Source of the DNA: Actinomycetota bacterium
Lineage (GTDB): Bacteria; Actinomycetota; Acidimicrobiia; Acidimicrobiales; SZUA-35
Reading direction: 5' to 3'
Assembly: GCA_039029335.1 (NCBI GenBank)
Contig: JBCCGJ010000002.1
Span: 1 to 56,390 of the forward strand
DNA: 56,390 nt
Shown here: positions 44,983 to 54,044 of the stretch, one piece after another
Layout: every line of letters begins with the position of its first letter
Position numbering within the stretch: position 1 is the stretch's first letter
Notes under the pieces: model-generated
The model's database searches: none
Told to the model about the DNA's origin: nothing
The model's input: only the letters and a program-made list of their open reading frames with translations
Position numbers and translations under genes: made by a program

Positions 44983-46406
44983 GGCTGATCCACGAACAGC
45001 AGGGCCGGTTGTTCCAGGGAGCGTTTGACGGCCTGGACGAAGTTGGCCGCGTCCCAACCATCGATGACTCGATGGTCGAAGGAGGAGGACAGGTTCATCA
45101 TCTTGCGAGGGACAAACGCCCCGTCCACCCACACCGGGGCGGTGGTCATTTTGTTCACCCCGATGATCGTGGTCTCCGGTTTGTTGATGACCGGCGTTGA
45201 GACCAGGCCGCCGAGCGATCCGAGGCTGGAGATCGTGATGGTCGACCCCGTCAGGTCCTGTGGACCTGCGGTGCCGGTCCTGGCCGCATCGGCCAGTGCA
45301 CCGATCTCCGCCGCCGCCGACCAGATGGTGTGGGTCTCGGCGTGGCGGAGTACCGGAACGACCAGCCCGGCGTCGGTCTGGGCGGCGATGCCGACGTGGA
45401 CGCCGCCGAACAGCCGAAGGGTGTCCGTCCCGCTCGGCCCAGCGGCGCCGCCGGAGTTGGAGCCGTCGCCGACCTCCTGGTCGATGACGTGGGCGTTCAT
45501 CTGGGGAAAGTCCGGCAGGCGGTTGACCAGGGCCCGAACAAGGAACGGCAGGAGCGTCAGCTTCGGTTGGCCCTCTGTCCGGTTCTCGTTGAGCGTGGCC
45601 CGCAGGTCTTCCAGGGCCGTCATGTCCACCTCTTCCACGTAGGTGATGTGGGGGATGGTGGACATCGACGAGACCATCTGTCTGGCGATGCGTCGTCGGA
45701 CACCGACGATCGGCTGGTCGTCGACCCGCTCGTCCGCCGCCCGAATGCCGGCGCCACCGCTGACGGCCCTGGCGTGGCCCGCGCCCGTCGAGCCCGAGGT
45801 GAACACCGCGTCCAGGTCTTCGTGGGTGATCCGACCGGCCGGGCCGGTTCCGGCCACGGTCCGCAGGTCGATCCCGGCGTCTCGGGCCCGACGCCGTACC
45901 GCAGGAGTGGCGGTCGGCCGCCGGCCCTCCGGCCGGGGCGCCGGCCGGGGCCCGGCGTTGATCGGTCGAGGGGTGGTCGTCGACGTTGCGGGCCCCGACG
46001 GTGCAGCGGGCTGAGCCTGGCGCTCCAGGGCCGCCTCGATGACCGCCGCATTGGCCGGTTCTGCCGTTGGTGACGCCGTCGAGCCCGGCGCCGGTCCTCC
46101 GGTTGTGGTCCCGCTGACACCGGTTCCGTCCGCCACCTCGGCGTCGACGGTCTCGTCACCGTCGCCTTCGACCTGCAGGGTGAACAGGGGCGAGCCGACC
46201 AGCAGTATCTCGCCGACCCCGCCGTTCAACGCACCGACCACGCCGTCAACCGGAGCCGGCACCTCGACGGTGGCCTTGTCGGTCATGACCTCGGCGATGA
46301 TCTGATTGCGCAACACCTCTTGACCTTCGGCGACCGACCAGGAGACCAGCTCGACCTCGGCGATGCCTTCACCGACGTCCGGGACCTTGATCGTCAACCG
46401 GCCCAT
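44979..46406 (-). CDS. dihydrolipoamide acyltransferase (E2) of a 2-oxoacid dehydrogenase complex
   Basis: Lipoyl domain EVMTDKATVEVPAP, Ala/Pro linker, PSBD (ATPAVRRRARDAGIDL), catalytic SFDHRVIDG. Confidence 0.9.
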   Translation of the reverse strand: MGRLTIKVPDVGEGIAEVELVSWSVAEGQEVLRNQIIAEVMTDKATVEVPAPVDGVVGALNGGVGEILLVGSPLFTLQVEGDGDETVDAEVADGTGVSGTTTGGPAPGSTASPTAEPANAAVIEAALERQAQPAAPSGPATSTTTPRPINAGPRPAPRPEGRRPTATPAVRRRARDAGIDLRTVAGTGPAGRITHEDLDAVFTSGSTGAGHARAVSGGAGIRAADERVDDQPIVGVRRRIARQMVSSMSTIPHITYVEEVDMTALEDLRATLNENRTEGQPKLTLLPFLVRALVNRLPDFPQMNAHVIDQEVGDGSNSGGAAGPSGTDTLRLFGGVHVGIAAQTDAGLVVPVLRHAETHTIWSAAAEIGALADAARTGTAGPQDLTGSTITISSLGSLGGLVSTPVINKPETTIIGVNKMTTAPVWVDGAFVPRKMMNLSSSFDHRVIDGWDAANFVQAVKRSLEQPALLFVDQP

Positions 46407-47428
46407 CAGTACGCCACCACCTTCCGCATGGCCTCCGCCACCCGGTCCGGCCCCGGGAAGTACACCCACTCCAAGCTGACCGGGTATGGCGTGTCGTAGC
46501 CGGTGACCCGGGTGATCGGCGCTTCCAGATGGTCGAAGCACCGTTCCTGGACCTGAGCGGACAGTTCGGCCCCGAACCCGCTGGTCCTGGTGGCCTCGTG
46601 CACGATCACACAGCGTCCGGTCTTCTCCACCGACGAGACGATCGTGTCGACGTCGAGGGGCATGAGGGTCCGCAGGTCGATGATCTCGGCATCGATGCCG
46701 GTCTCGGCGGCTGCAGCCTCCGCCACGAATCGAAGTGTGCCGTAGGACAGGATCGTCAGGTCGGATCCCGGGCGGACGATCTCCGCTTTGCCGAGCTCGG
46801 TCCGGTAGTACCCCTCGGCCACCGTGCCAAGCTCATGCCGGGACCACGGTTGGATCGGCCGGTCGTGGTGCCCGTCGAACGGTCCGTTGTACAGCCGCTT
46901 CGGCTCCAGGAAAATCACCGGGTCCGGATCCTCGATGGCGGCGATCAGCAGGCCCTTGGCGTCGACCGGGTTTGAGGGGATCACGGTCTTGATGCCCGCC
47001 ACGTGGGTGAAGAGGGCCTCGGGGCTCTGGGAGTGGGTCTGACCGCCCCGAATGCCACCACCCACCGGCATCCGGATCACCATCGGTGCGGTCAGTTCAC
47101 CGGCGGACCGCGACCGCAGCCGGGCCGCCTCGGAGACGATCTGGTCGTAGCCGGGGTACATGTAGTCGGCGAACTGGATCTCGGCCACCGGCCGCAGCCC
47201 GTAGGCCGCCATACCGACGGCGGCGCCGACGATGCCGCTCTCGCTGATCGGTGTGTCGAACGATCGGTGTTTGCCGAACTCCTGCTGGAGGCCTTCGGTG
47301 CAGCGAAACACCCCGCCGAAGAACCCGGCGTCCTCACCGAAGGACACCACCCGTTCGTCCCTGGCCATCATGACCGCCAGCGCATCCCGGATGGCCTCGA
47401 TCATCGTCATCGAACGGGTGTCGGTCAT
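46406..47428 (-). CDS. 2-oxoacid dehydrogenase E1 beta subunit
   Basis: From ATG 47428: MTMIEAIRDALAVMMARDERVVSFGEDAGFFGGVFRCTEGL, a typical transketolase-like E1b. Confidence 0.9.
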   Translation of the reverse strand: MTDTRSMTMIEAIRDALAVMMARDERVVSFGEDAGFFGGVFRCTEGLQQEFGKHRSFDTPISESGIVGAAVGMAAYGLRPVAEIQFADYMYPGYDQIVSEAARLRSRSAGELTAPMVIRMPVGGGIRGGQTHSQSPEALFTHVAGIKTVIPSNPVDAKGLLIAAIEDPDPVIFLEPKRLYNGPFDGHHDRPIQPWSRHELGTVAEGYYRTELGKAEIVRPGSDLTILSYGTLRFVAEAAAAETGIDAEIIDLRTLMPLDVDTIVSSVEKTGRCVIVHEATRTSGFGAELSAQVQERCFDHLEAPITRVTGYDTPYPVSLEWVYFPGPDRVAEAMRKVVAY

Positions 47429-48678
47429 CAGTACCCCACCTCCTGGCGCTGCTCGACCAGGTGGGGTGGCATCTCGGCGTAGACGTGGCGGAACATCTCG
47501 ACCGGGGAGAGGTCCGAGCTGCCGAGCGTGCCCAGCTTCTCCGCCTCGGCCACCGCCGTGTCCACCGTTGTGCGGCACTCGTTCCGCAGCGCTTCGACGT
47601 CGCTGAGTGTTGTGGCCCCTTCACCGATGAGGTGTTCGGTGAGCCGGTCGATCGGGTCGCCGAGCGGCCACGCCTTTGCCGCCTCGATCGGTCGATACTT
47701 GGACGGGTCGTCGGAGCTGGAGTGGGACGCGGCCCGGTAGGTGACCCACTCGATGAGGGTGGGGCCGTGCCCGGCCCGGGCCCGGTCGGTGGCCCACCGG
47801 GTTGCGGCGTATCCGGCCAGCAGGTCGTTTCCGTCGACCCGAAGGGTGGCGATGCCGTAGCCGATGCCCCGCTGGGCGAACGACGCGTTTGTCCCGCCGG
47901 CGATGCCCTGGAAGCTGGAGATGGCCCACTGGTTGTTGACCACGTTGATGATGGACGGCGGCTGGTAGACCGAGGCGAACACCAGCGCAGAGTGGAAGTC
48001 GTTCTCCGCGGTGGCCCCCTCGCCGGTCCACGCCACGCCGAGGACCCGCTTGCCCTGGATGGCTCCCGCCATGCCCCACCCGACGGCCTGGATCAGCTGG
48101 GTGGCCAGGTTGCCGGAAATCGAGAAGAACCCGTGCTCTGGCACGGAGTGCAGGACGGGGAGCTGGGAACCCTTGAGGCGATCCCCGGAGTTTGAGAGCA
48201 CCTGGCAGGTCATCTCGAACAGCGAGTGACCGTTTGCCACAAGCAGGCCACCCTGCCGGTAGGTCGGGAAGTGCATGTCCAGACCAGGCCCGTAGCCGGG
48301 GGAGTCGAGGTCGACGGCCATCGCCGCCGAAACCGCAACGGCCTCCTCGCCCATCGAGCGCATGGCAAACGCCGCTTTACCCTGCCGCTGGAGAAGCATG
48401 AACTGTTCCTCGATCAGGCGGGTGGTGATCATGTGGCGCAGTGCGGTCCGCTTCGTGTCGGTGTCCAGCCCCGGATCCCACGCCCCGCCGGGGATCCCGT
48501 CGTCGTCCAACACCCGGATCATGGTGGTTGCCAGGTCGTAGGTGTCGGGCGCGGCGGCGGACGGTCTCGGCCGTGGCGCTTCGTCGACCGGGGGAATGGC
48601 CAGGAAGGAGAAGTCCGGGTCTTCACCCGGGCGGGCTGCCGGTTCCGGCACATGGAGACGCATTTCGATCTCGGACAT
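47428..48678 (-). CDS. 2-oxoacid dehydrogenase E1 alpha subunit (ThDP-dependent; branched-chain type likely)
   Basis: GEGATAENDFHSALVFASVY ThDP-motif region. The start is ATG 48678 or 48690. Confidence 0.85.
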   Translation of the reverse strand: MSEIEMRLHVPEPAARPGEDPDFSFLAIPPVDEAPRPRPSAAAPDTYDLATTMIRVLDDDGIPGGAWDPGLDTDTKRTALRHMITTRLIEEQFMLLQRQGKAAFAMRSMGEEAVAVSAAMAVDLDSPGYGPGLDMHFPTYRQGGLLVANGHSLFEMTCQVLSNSGDRLKGSQLPVLHSVPEHGFFSISGNLATQLIQAVGWGMAGAIQGKRVLGVAWTGEGATAENDFHSALVFASVYQPPSIINVVNNQWAISSFQGIAGGTNASFAQRGIGYGIATLRVDGNDLLAGYAATRWATDRARAGHGPTLIEWVTYRAASHSSSDDPSKYRPIEAAKAWPLGDPIDRLTEHLIGEGATTLSDVEALRNECRTTVDTAVAEAEKLGTLGSSDLSPVEMFRHVYAEMPPHLVEQRQEVGY

Positions 48679-48797
48679 CGCAGTTCCCATCGCTCGGAAC
48701 GGGTCTGGCGTGAGGACCAATCCCACGTTGCTGGCTGGTGGTGTGAGACGGGGCTCTTGAGGAGTATGTCGCTGCGTTCGACAGCTGGTCAACACGG

Positions 48798-48902
48798 TCG
48801 AATATAATTCGAACAAAGGCTCTCTTATTATCTTTTAGTTCGGACCAGGTGTTCGAAATCGGTTGAATTGCGAACGGTTTGACAGGCCTGATCGATTCGA
48901 TC
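48798..48902. promoter_or_regulatory. AT-rich divergent control region with TTCGA-core palindromes (candidate Lrp/BkdR operators)
   Basis: tcgaatataattcga (48798-48812, perfect 6+3+6 palindrome); gttcgaaatcggttgaattgcgaac; gatcgattcgatc (48890-48902, perfect palindrome). Confidence 0.4.
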
Positions 48903-48927
48903 GGCGGAAGTGTTTGGAGGAGTACGG

Positions 48928-49416
48928 ATGGGAACGGAGCAAGCGCCGGCCAACGCCGGCGGGCTGGACACCAGCGACCTTGTGCTGGTGAGGGAGTTGC
49001 AACGGGACGCCCGCCAGACCAACCGGGCGCTGGCCGAGGCGGCCGGGCTGGCCCCGTCAACCTCACTCGGGCGGATCCGGGACCTCGAGGAGCGGGGTGT
49101 GTTCACCGGATTCCACGGCCATGTCGATCTGAGCTCGCTCGGCCGTGGCCTGCAGGCGTTGGTTTTTGTCCGGCTGCAGCCGAAGAGCGACGAGATCATC
49201 TCCCGGTTCAGCGAACATGTCTGGGCCCTACCGGAGACGATCGGCCTCGACCTGATCACCGGGCTGGAGGATCTGATCATCCACCTCGCCGTGGCCGATG
49301 CGGAGGCGCTGCAGCGGGTGGTCCTGAACGAGATCAGCAGCTTCCCCGGTGTCTTCGACGAGCGGACCTCCCTGCTGTTCCAGTCCCGTCGCAAGACCGT
49401 GATCGAGCCGATCTGA
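48928..49416 (+). CDS. Lrp/AsnC family transcriptional regulator
   Basis: LDTSDLVLVRELQRDARQTNRALAEAAGLAPSTSLGRIRDLEERGV (HTH) plus a RAM-like C-terminus. GGAGG 48916-48920 precedes ATG 48928. Confidence 0.85.
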   Translation: MGTEQAPANAGGLDTSDLVLVRELQRDARQTNRALAEAAGLAPSTSLGRIRDLEERGVFTGFHGHVDLSSLGRGLQALVFVRLQPKSDEIISRFSEHVWALPETIGLDLITGLEDLIIHLAVADAEALQRVVLNEISSFPGVFDERTSLLFQSRRKTVIEPI

Positions 49417-49444
49417 GCGGTCCGTCGGACCCCGGAGCGTTTCG

Positions 49445-50926
49445 CTAGTCCGGGCCGGTGCGGGCGATCGTCAACAGCCGGTCGAGGTCCAGCTCGGACT
49501 CGAGCTGGTCGGCCCATTCGTCGAGGGCGTCGTCCACCGCCTGCTCGTAGCTGCTTGCGCCGAAGCGGCCCCCGTCGACCACCGCCGAGAGGTAGGCGGC
49601 CCGGAAGCCGTCGCTGCTGAATATGCCGTGGAGATAACTGCCGGCGACCAGGCCGTCTGCCGAGGTCGCCCCGGCAGGGCCGTCCTCGAGCTGCAGCCAC
49701 GGGCGTTCGGTGTCCGGTCCGTCGGTCCGGCCGACGTGAATCTCGTATCCCGCGATCTCGGTGTCCGACCCGACGTGCCGGCCGGTGACCGGCCTGGTCA
49801 CCTTCTCGCCGGTGAGGACCGTGTGAACGTCGAGCAGGCCAAGTCCGGCCACCCTTTGCGGAGGACCCTCCACTCCGTCGGGGTCCTCGATGGTCCGGCC
49901 AAGCAGCTGATACCCGCCGCAGAGCCCCAGCACCGGCCGCCCCCGCCTGACGTGGGCCGCGATGTCGATGTCCCAACCCTGGTCGCGCAGGAACGCAAGA
50001 TCGGCGATCGTCGCCTTGCTCCCGGGCAGGATGATGAGGTCGGTCTCGCCGATCGGTTTGCCCGGCGGGACCATGGTCACCGACACGTTCGGTTCGAGGC
50101 GGAGCGGGTCGACGTCGTCGAAATTGGCGATCCGGCTCAGCATCGGCACGGCGATCCGCAGCGGCGCCGATCGGTCGCCCGCCCGTCGCGCCGGCTGCTC
50201 CAGCTCAACGGCGTCCTCGGCCGGCAAAGCGGCAAGCGCCGGACACCAGGTCACCACCCCGAGGGACGGCCAACCGGTCCGCGCCTCGATGTCGGTGATT
50301 CCCGGGCCGAACAGGCCAACGTCACCCCGGAACTTGTTGATCACAAACCCCCTGATCAGTGCCCGGTCCTCTGCGCTCAGCACCACGTTGGTGCCGACGA
50401 GGGAGGCGATGACCCCGCCGCGGTCGATGTCACCGGTGATTATCACCGGCACACGGGCGGCCGAGGCGAAGCCCATGTTGGCGATGTCACCGTGCCGCAG
50501 GTTGGTCTCGGCCGGGCTGCCCGCACCCTCGACGACAACCAGGTCGGCGTCGTTGCCGATCTTGTCGAAGCTCTCCAGGACCGGGATCATGAGCCCGTCA
50601 CGATCGACGGTGAAGCGGGATGCGTCCAACTTGCCGACAACCGACCCCTGGACCACCACCTGGGACCCGCGGTCGGATTCGGGTTTCAGCAGGACCGGAT
50701 TGTGGTGGACCGACAGGGGCACGCCGGCTGCTCTGGCCTGGAGTGCCTGGGCTCTGCCGATCTCGCCGCCGCCGGGGACCGCAGCCGCGTTGTTCGACAT
50801 GTTCTGCGGCTTGAACGGCTGGACCGAGAGTCCCCGTCTGGCATACGCCCGGCACAGGCCGGCCACCAACACCGACTTCCCGGCGTTGGAGTTCGTGCCC
50901 TGGATCATCACCGACGCCGCTGGCAT
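49445..50926 (-). CDS. cobQ: cobyric acid synthase
   Basis: From ATG 50926: VMIQGTNSNAGKSVLVAGLCRAYARRGLSVQPFKPQNMSNNAA. C-terminal GATase block ILPGSKATIADLAFLR...GLCGGYQLLG. Confidence 0.9.
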   Translation of the reverse strand: MPAASVMIQGTNSNAGKSVLVAGLCRAYARRGLSVQPFKPQNMSNNAAAVPGGGEIGRAQALQARAAGVPLSVHHNPVLLKPESDRGSQVVVQGSVVGKLDASRFTVDRDGLMIPVLESFDKIGNDADLVVVEGAGSPAETNLRHGDIANMGFASAARVPVIITGDIDRGGVIASLVGTNVVLSAEDRALIRGFVINKFRGDVGLFGPGITDIEARTGWPSLGVVTWCPALAALPAEDAVELEQPARRAGDRSAPLRIAVPMLSRIANFDDVDPLRLEPNVSVTMVPPGKPIGETDLIILPGSKATIADLAFLRDQGWDIDIAAHVRRGRPVLGLCGGYQLLGRTIEDPDGVEGPPQRVAGLGLLDVHTVLTGEKVTRPVTGRHVGSDTEIAGYEIHVGRTDGPDTERPWLQLEDGPAGATSADGLVAGSYLHGIFSSDGFRAAYLSAVVDGGRFGASSYEQAVDDALDEWADQLESELDLDRLLTIARTGPD

Positions 50927-51011
50927 TCCCGGAGTGTACGGCGGCCGAGCGGTTGCCGGTGCCGGCCTGGTTTTGCGCCCGGGGCCGCGGTTCGCCAGTA
51001 GCGTTGCCACC

Positions 51012-51806
51012 ATGAGCTTGGGGATTGCGGACCGCTGGTTCGACCGGCGGGCGCTGGACGACGGGGTGACCCTGCTGTGGGAGCCACACGTCGTCCCGCT
51101 CATGCAGTGCAACATCTGGCACGTCCGGGGATCGCGGCGGGACCTGATCATCGACACCGGCATGGGAGTGGCCAGCCTCGTCGACTCGGCCCAGGATCTG
51201 CTCGGGCGGCCCGTCACCGCGGTGGCCACCCACAGCCATGGCGACCACATCGGTTCCCATCACGAGTTCGACGGCTCCCGGGACCCGGGGGACGAGGTGG
51301 TGATCCATCCGAGCGAAGCTCGCTATCTGGCGCGACCGTCACTCGACTCGCTCGACATTTCCGAGGCGTGGGGCGATGAGGGGATCGAACTGCTCCGGCG
51401 ATCCGGGTACGAGGTGGACTTTCAGTACTTTGTCACGGCGCTGCCGGCCGGTATGGCCCTGGAGGGATTCCGCCAGAAGCCGGCCCCGGTGTCCCGCCAC
51501 ATCGACGAGGGGGATGTGTTGGATCTGGGCGACAGGCGGTTCGAGGTGCTTCACCTGCCGGGCCACTCGCCGGGTTCAATCGGGCTGTGGGAGTCGGCCA
51601 CCGGGACCCTGTTCTCCGGTGACGCCGTCTACGACGGACCACTGCTTGACGAGTTCGACGACTCCGACATCGGGCAGTACTGCGCAACGATGGAACGACT
51701 CTTGGATCTGCCGGTTCGGGTGGTCCACGGCGGCCACGACCCCAGCTTCGGTCGAGATCGTCTGCGGGAGTTGGCCTCCGACTACCTGACCCGGCGCCGG
51801 AGCTGA
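51012..51806 (+). CDS. MBL-fold metallo-hydrolase
   Basis: From ATG 51012: ATHSHGDHIGSHHEF (HxHxDH) and LHLPGHSPGS. Confidence 0.8.
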   Translation: MSLGIADRWFDRRALDDGVTLLWEPHVVPLMQCNIWHVRGSRRDLIIDTGMGVASLVDSAQDLLGRPVTAVATHSHGDHIGSHHEFDGSRDPGDEVVIHPSEARYLARPSLDSLDISEAWGDEGIELLRRSGYEVDFQYFVTALPAGMALEGFRQKPAPVSRHIDEGDVLDLGDRRFEVLHLPGHSPGSIGLWESATGTLFSGDAVYDGPLLDEFDDSDIGQYCATMERLLDLPVRVVHGGHDPSFGRDRLRELASDYLTRRRS

Positions 51807-51846
51807 CCGGGTTGCGGGCCGTCCGGCGCTTCCGGCGTCGGTTCGC

Positions 51847-52863
51847 TCAGCCCAGTCGATCCCGGGCGGTCTTCCAGAAGTCGGCCGCGACCGTCACCGG
51901 GTCGACGTCGGCCGGGAAGTCCGACAGCTTCAGGATCGCCCCGGTGAACGATGGTGCGTTCCAGGCAGGGTCCGCTGCGTCGACACCGATTCGATCGGGG
52001 TACCAGATGCTGAGGTAGAGGTACGGCTCGTCGATGCTGTGATCCCCCGGCGATGCGCCGTAGCTGCCCCGGTGGTCCTCGTCGCCGACCTCGATCGCCG
52101 GATCGAAATGGCCCGGCCACAGCTGCGGCCGACTCGGGTCGACGGATGCGTCGTCGGCCCGCACCACTTCCAGGGCGGCAAAGGCCATACCGAACCAGTC
52201 GCCGAGGAACCTGCTGGCCTCCTCGGTCACCGTCAGTGCCTCGTCCGGGTCACCAGCCTCCGGCGAGTCGTGCTCGGCGGCCGTCTCCGTGTCGATCGTC
52301 GTACCGAGGAAGTCCGCCGCCGCCTGCAACGTGGTGATGGGGCTGACCCGAACCTGTTCGGCCTGCTGGTGTACCAGGTTGGTTCCCGCAACCCGGATCT
52401 GGTTGTCCGCACCTGCGGTGTCGGCGAAGAACGGGGTACCGAAACCGCCCAAGGTGTAGCGGAGACCGAACTTGCCGTTGGCGGCATGACGGGCCGGGGC
52501 GATCACGTACACCCCGAGCCGGTGGAGGGCCAACCGGGTGGCGGTCAGGTCCGCAGGTGGCTGGGGGAGGCGTCGTTCGCCGCCAAGCCAGTTTGTCGCG
52601 GCCCACCGGGCGAGCTCCGGATCATCGGCGGTGATCGCCGACCAGTCGGTGCCGCCGTCGAGACCGGTAGGCAATACCAGGGTGTTGTCGCCGGCTCCGG
52701 CTCGGTCGACAGGATCGTCGGCGAAGAACGGTTCGGTGGTGATTGCCGGCGGGGACGGCTCAAGAACCCGGGCGAAAAACCCGGGGCCGAGTTTGGCCTG
52801 AGCCTCGGCTCTGGCGTTCCGGACCTCGGACGAGTTCGCAGGTGATTCCGCATCTGAGTTCAT
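51847..52863 (-). CDS. hypothetical protein
   Basis: 338-aa ORF with ordinary amino-acid composition and no recognisable motif. Confidence 0.5.
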   Translation of the reverse strand: MNSDAESPANSSEVRNARAEAQAKLGPGFFARVLEPSPPAITTEPFFADDPVDRAGAGDNTLVLPTGLDGGTDWSAITADDPELARWAATNWLGGERRLPQPPADLTATRLALHRLGVYVIAPARHAANGKFGLRYTLGGFGTPFFADTAGADNQIRVAGTNLVHQQAEQVRVSPITTLQAAADFLGTTIDTETAAEHDSPEAGDPDEALTVTEEASRFLGDWFGMAFAALEVVRADDASVDPSRPQLWPGHFDPAIEVGDEDHRGSYGASPGDHSIDEPYLYLSIWYPDRIGVDAADPAWNAPSFTGAILKLSDFPADVDPVTVAADFWKTARDRLG

Positions 52864-52995
52864 GTGTTGGCTAACCCCCGGTGGTGATCGGCTGTTCCGC
52901 TTCGTTGCGGCCGGCGTCGGCCTCGGCGTCGCCGAGTCCGCAGTCAGGTATAGCGTCGGCTGTCACGGTTCGTCCACGTGCCGTATTCTCGGCAG

Positions 52996-53985
52996 ATGCC
53001 AGAAATGATGAGGGCCGGTCAGGTGGTCGGCGTGAACGACATCCGCTGTGTCGAAACCGAGATTCCGCCCGTCGGCGAGGACCAGATTCTGGTGAGGACC
53101 AAGATGGCCTCGATCTGTGGCTCGGACCTGCACGTGGTGTGCCACGGCGCCGGGATGCCCGGCGAGTTGCCATGCAAGCACGGCTATCCCGGGCACGAGG
53201 GCATTGGCGAGGTGGTGCAGTCCAACCATGCCGGGGTGGCCGAGGGAACCAAGGTGCTGTGCTTCCCGTTTGCCGGCGACTCGGAGGGTTTCAGCGAGTA
53301 TCAGCGGATGGGCGGGCAGTACGTGCTGCCGCTGCCGGACGGCGATGTGCCCGAAGAGCAGCTGCTGATGGCCCAGCAGTTGGGAACCGTGATCTTCGCC
53401 GCTCGGCAACGTCCGGTCGATCTGGTCGGGAAGACGGTGCTGATCCTGGGGCAGGGGTCCGCCGGTCTGTTCTGGACCTACTGGTTGAAACGCAACGGCG
53501 CCACCCGGGTGATCGCCGCCGATCTTTCGGACGTCCGGCTCGCCGTCTCCGAACAGTACGGGGCCGACGTGACGATCAACGTCGGTGAGGCTGACCTTGG
53601 TGAGGCGGTCGCCGATCTGACCGACGGTGGGCCGGAGTACCTCGTCGAGGCCGTCGGGCGCCGGGAGACGCTGTTCCAATCAATCGAGTTGGTCCAACCC
53701 GGCGGCGAGCTGATGTGGTTCGGTCTGCCGGACACGGACGACAGCGTCCAGATCAGCTTCTCCAAGTTTTTCCGGAAGCGGTTGAGCGCCTCCAGCACCT
53801 ACGGTGCCCAGGACGAGGGTGACGCGGTGTCGTTTCGCACGGCGCTCGATCTGATCGCTGGCGGGCACATCGACGTTTCACCGCTTCTGTCCCACGTGTA
53901 CCCCATCGACGAGATCGACACAGCGTTCCGGGTGGCCAACGATCCGGTACCGGACGGTGCGCTCAAGGTGAGCGTGAGTTTCTAG
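52996..53985 (+). CDS. zinc-dependent alcohol/polyol dehydrogenase (MDR family)
   Basis: ICGSDLH, GHEGIGEV, ILGQGSAGL Rossmann motif. Start ambiguous (GTG 52978, ATG 52996, 53005 or 53008). Confidence 0.85.
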   Translation: MPEMMRAGQVVGVNDIRCVETEIPPVGEDQILVRTKMASICGSDLHVVCHGAGMPGELPCKHGYPGHEGIGEVVQSNHAGVAEGTKVLCFPFAGDSEGFSEYQRMGGQYVLPLPDGDVPEEQLLMAQQLGTVIFAARQRPVDLVGKTVLILGQGSAGLFWTYWLKRNGATRVIAADLSDVRLAVSEQYGADVTINVGEADLGEAVADLTDGGPEYLVEAVGRRETLFQSIELVQPGGELMWFGLPDTDDSVQISFSKFFRKRLSASSTYGAQDEGDAVSFRTALDLIAGGHIDVSPLLSHVYPIDEIDTAFRVANDPVPDGALKVSVSF

Positions 53986-53994
53986 ACCGGGCCG

Positions 53995-54044
53995 CTCGCT
54001 CAGACCAGGAGCGCGCGGGGCCACTCGCTCAGACCAGGAGCGCG
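53995..54044. repeat. 21-bp direct repeat ctcgctcagaccaggagcgcg x2 (period 29)
   Basis: Copies at 53995-54015 and 54024-54044. The second contains the stop codon and last codons of the Rieske::ThDP gene. Confidence 0.85.

Noticed and set aside
50927-51011. Possible cobalamin riboswitch upstream of cobQ
   Set aside because: The intergenic space is only 85 nt and is shared with a divergent gene, which is too short for a cobalamin riboswitch. No B12-box-like sequence was seen.
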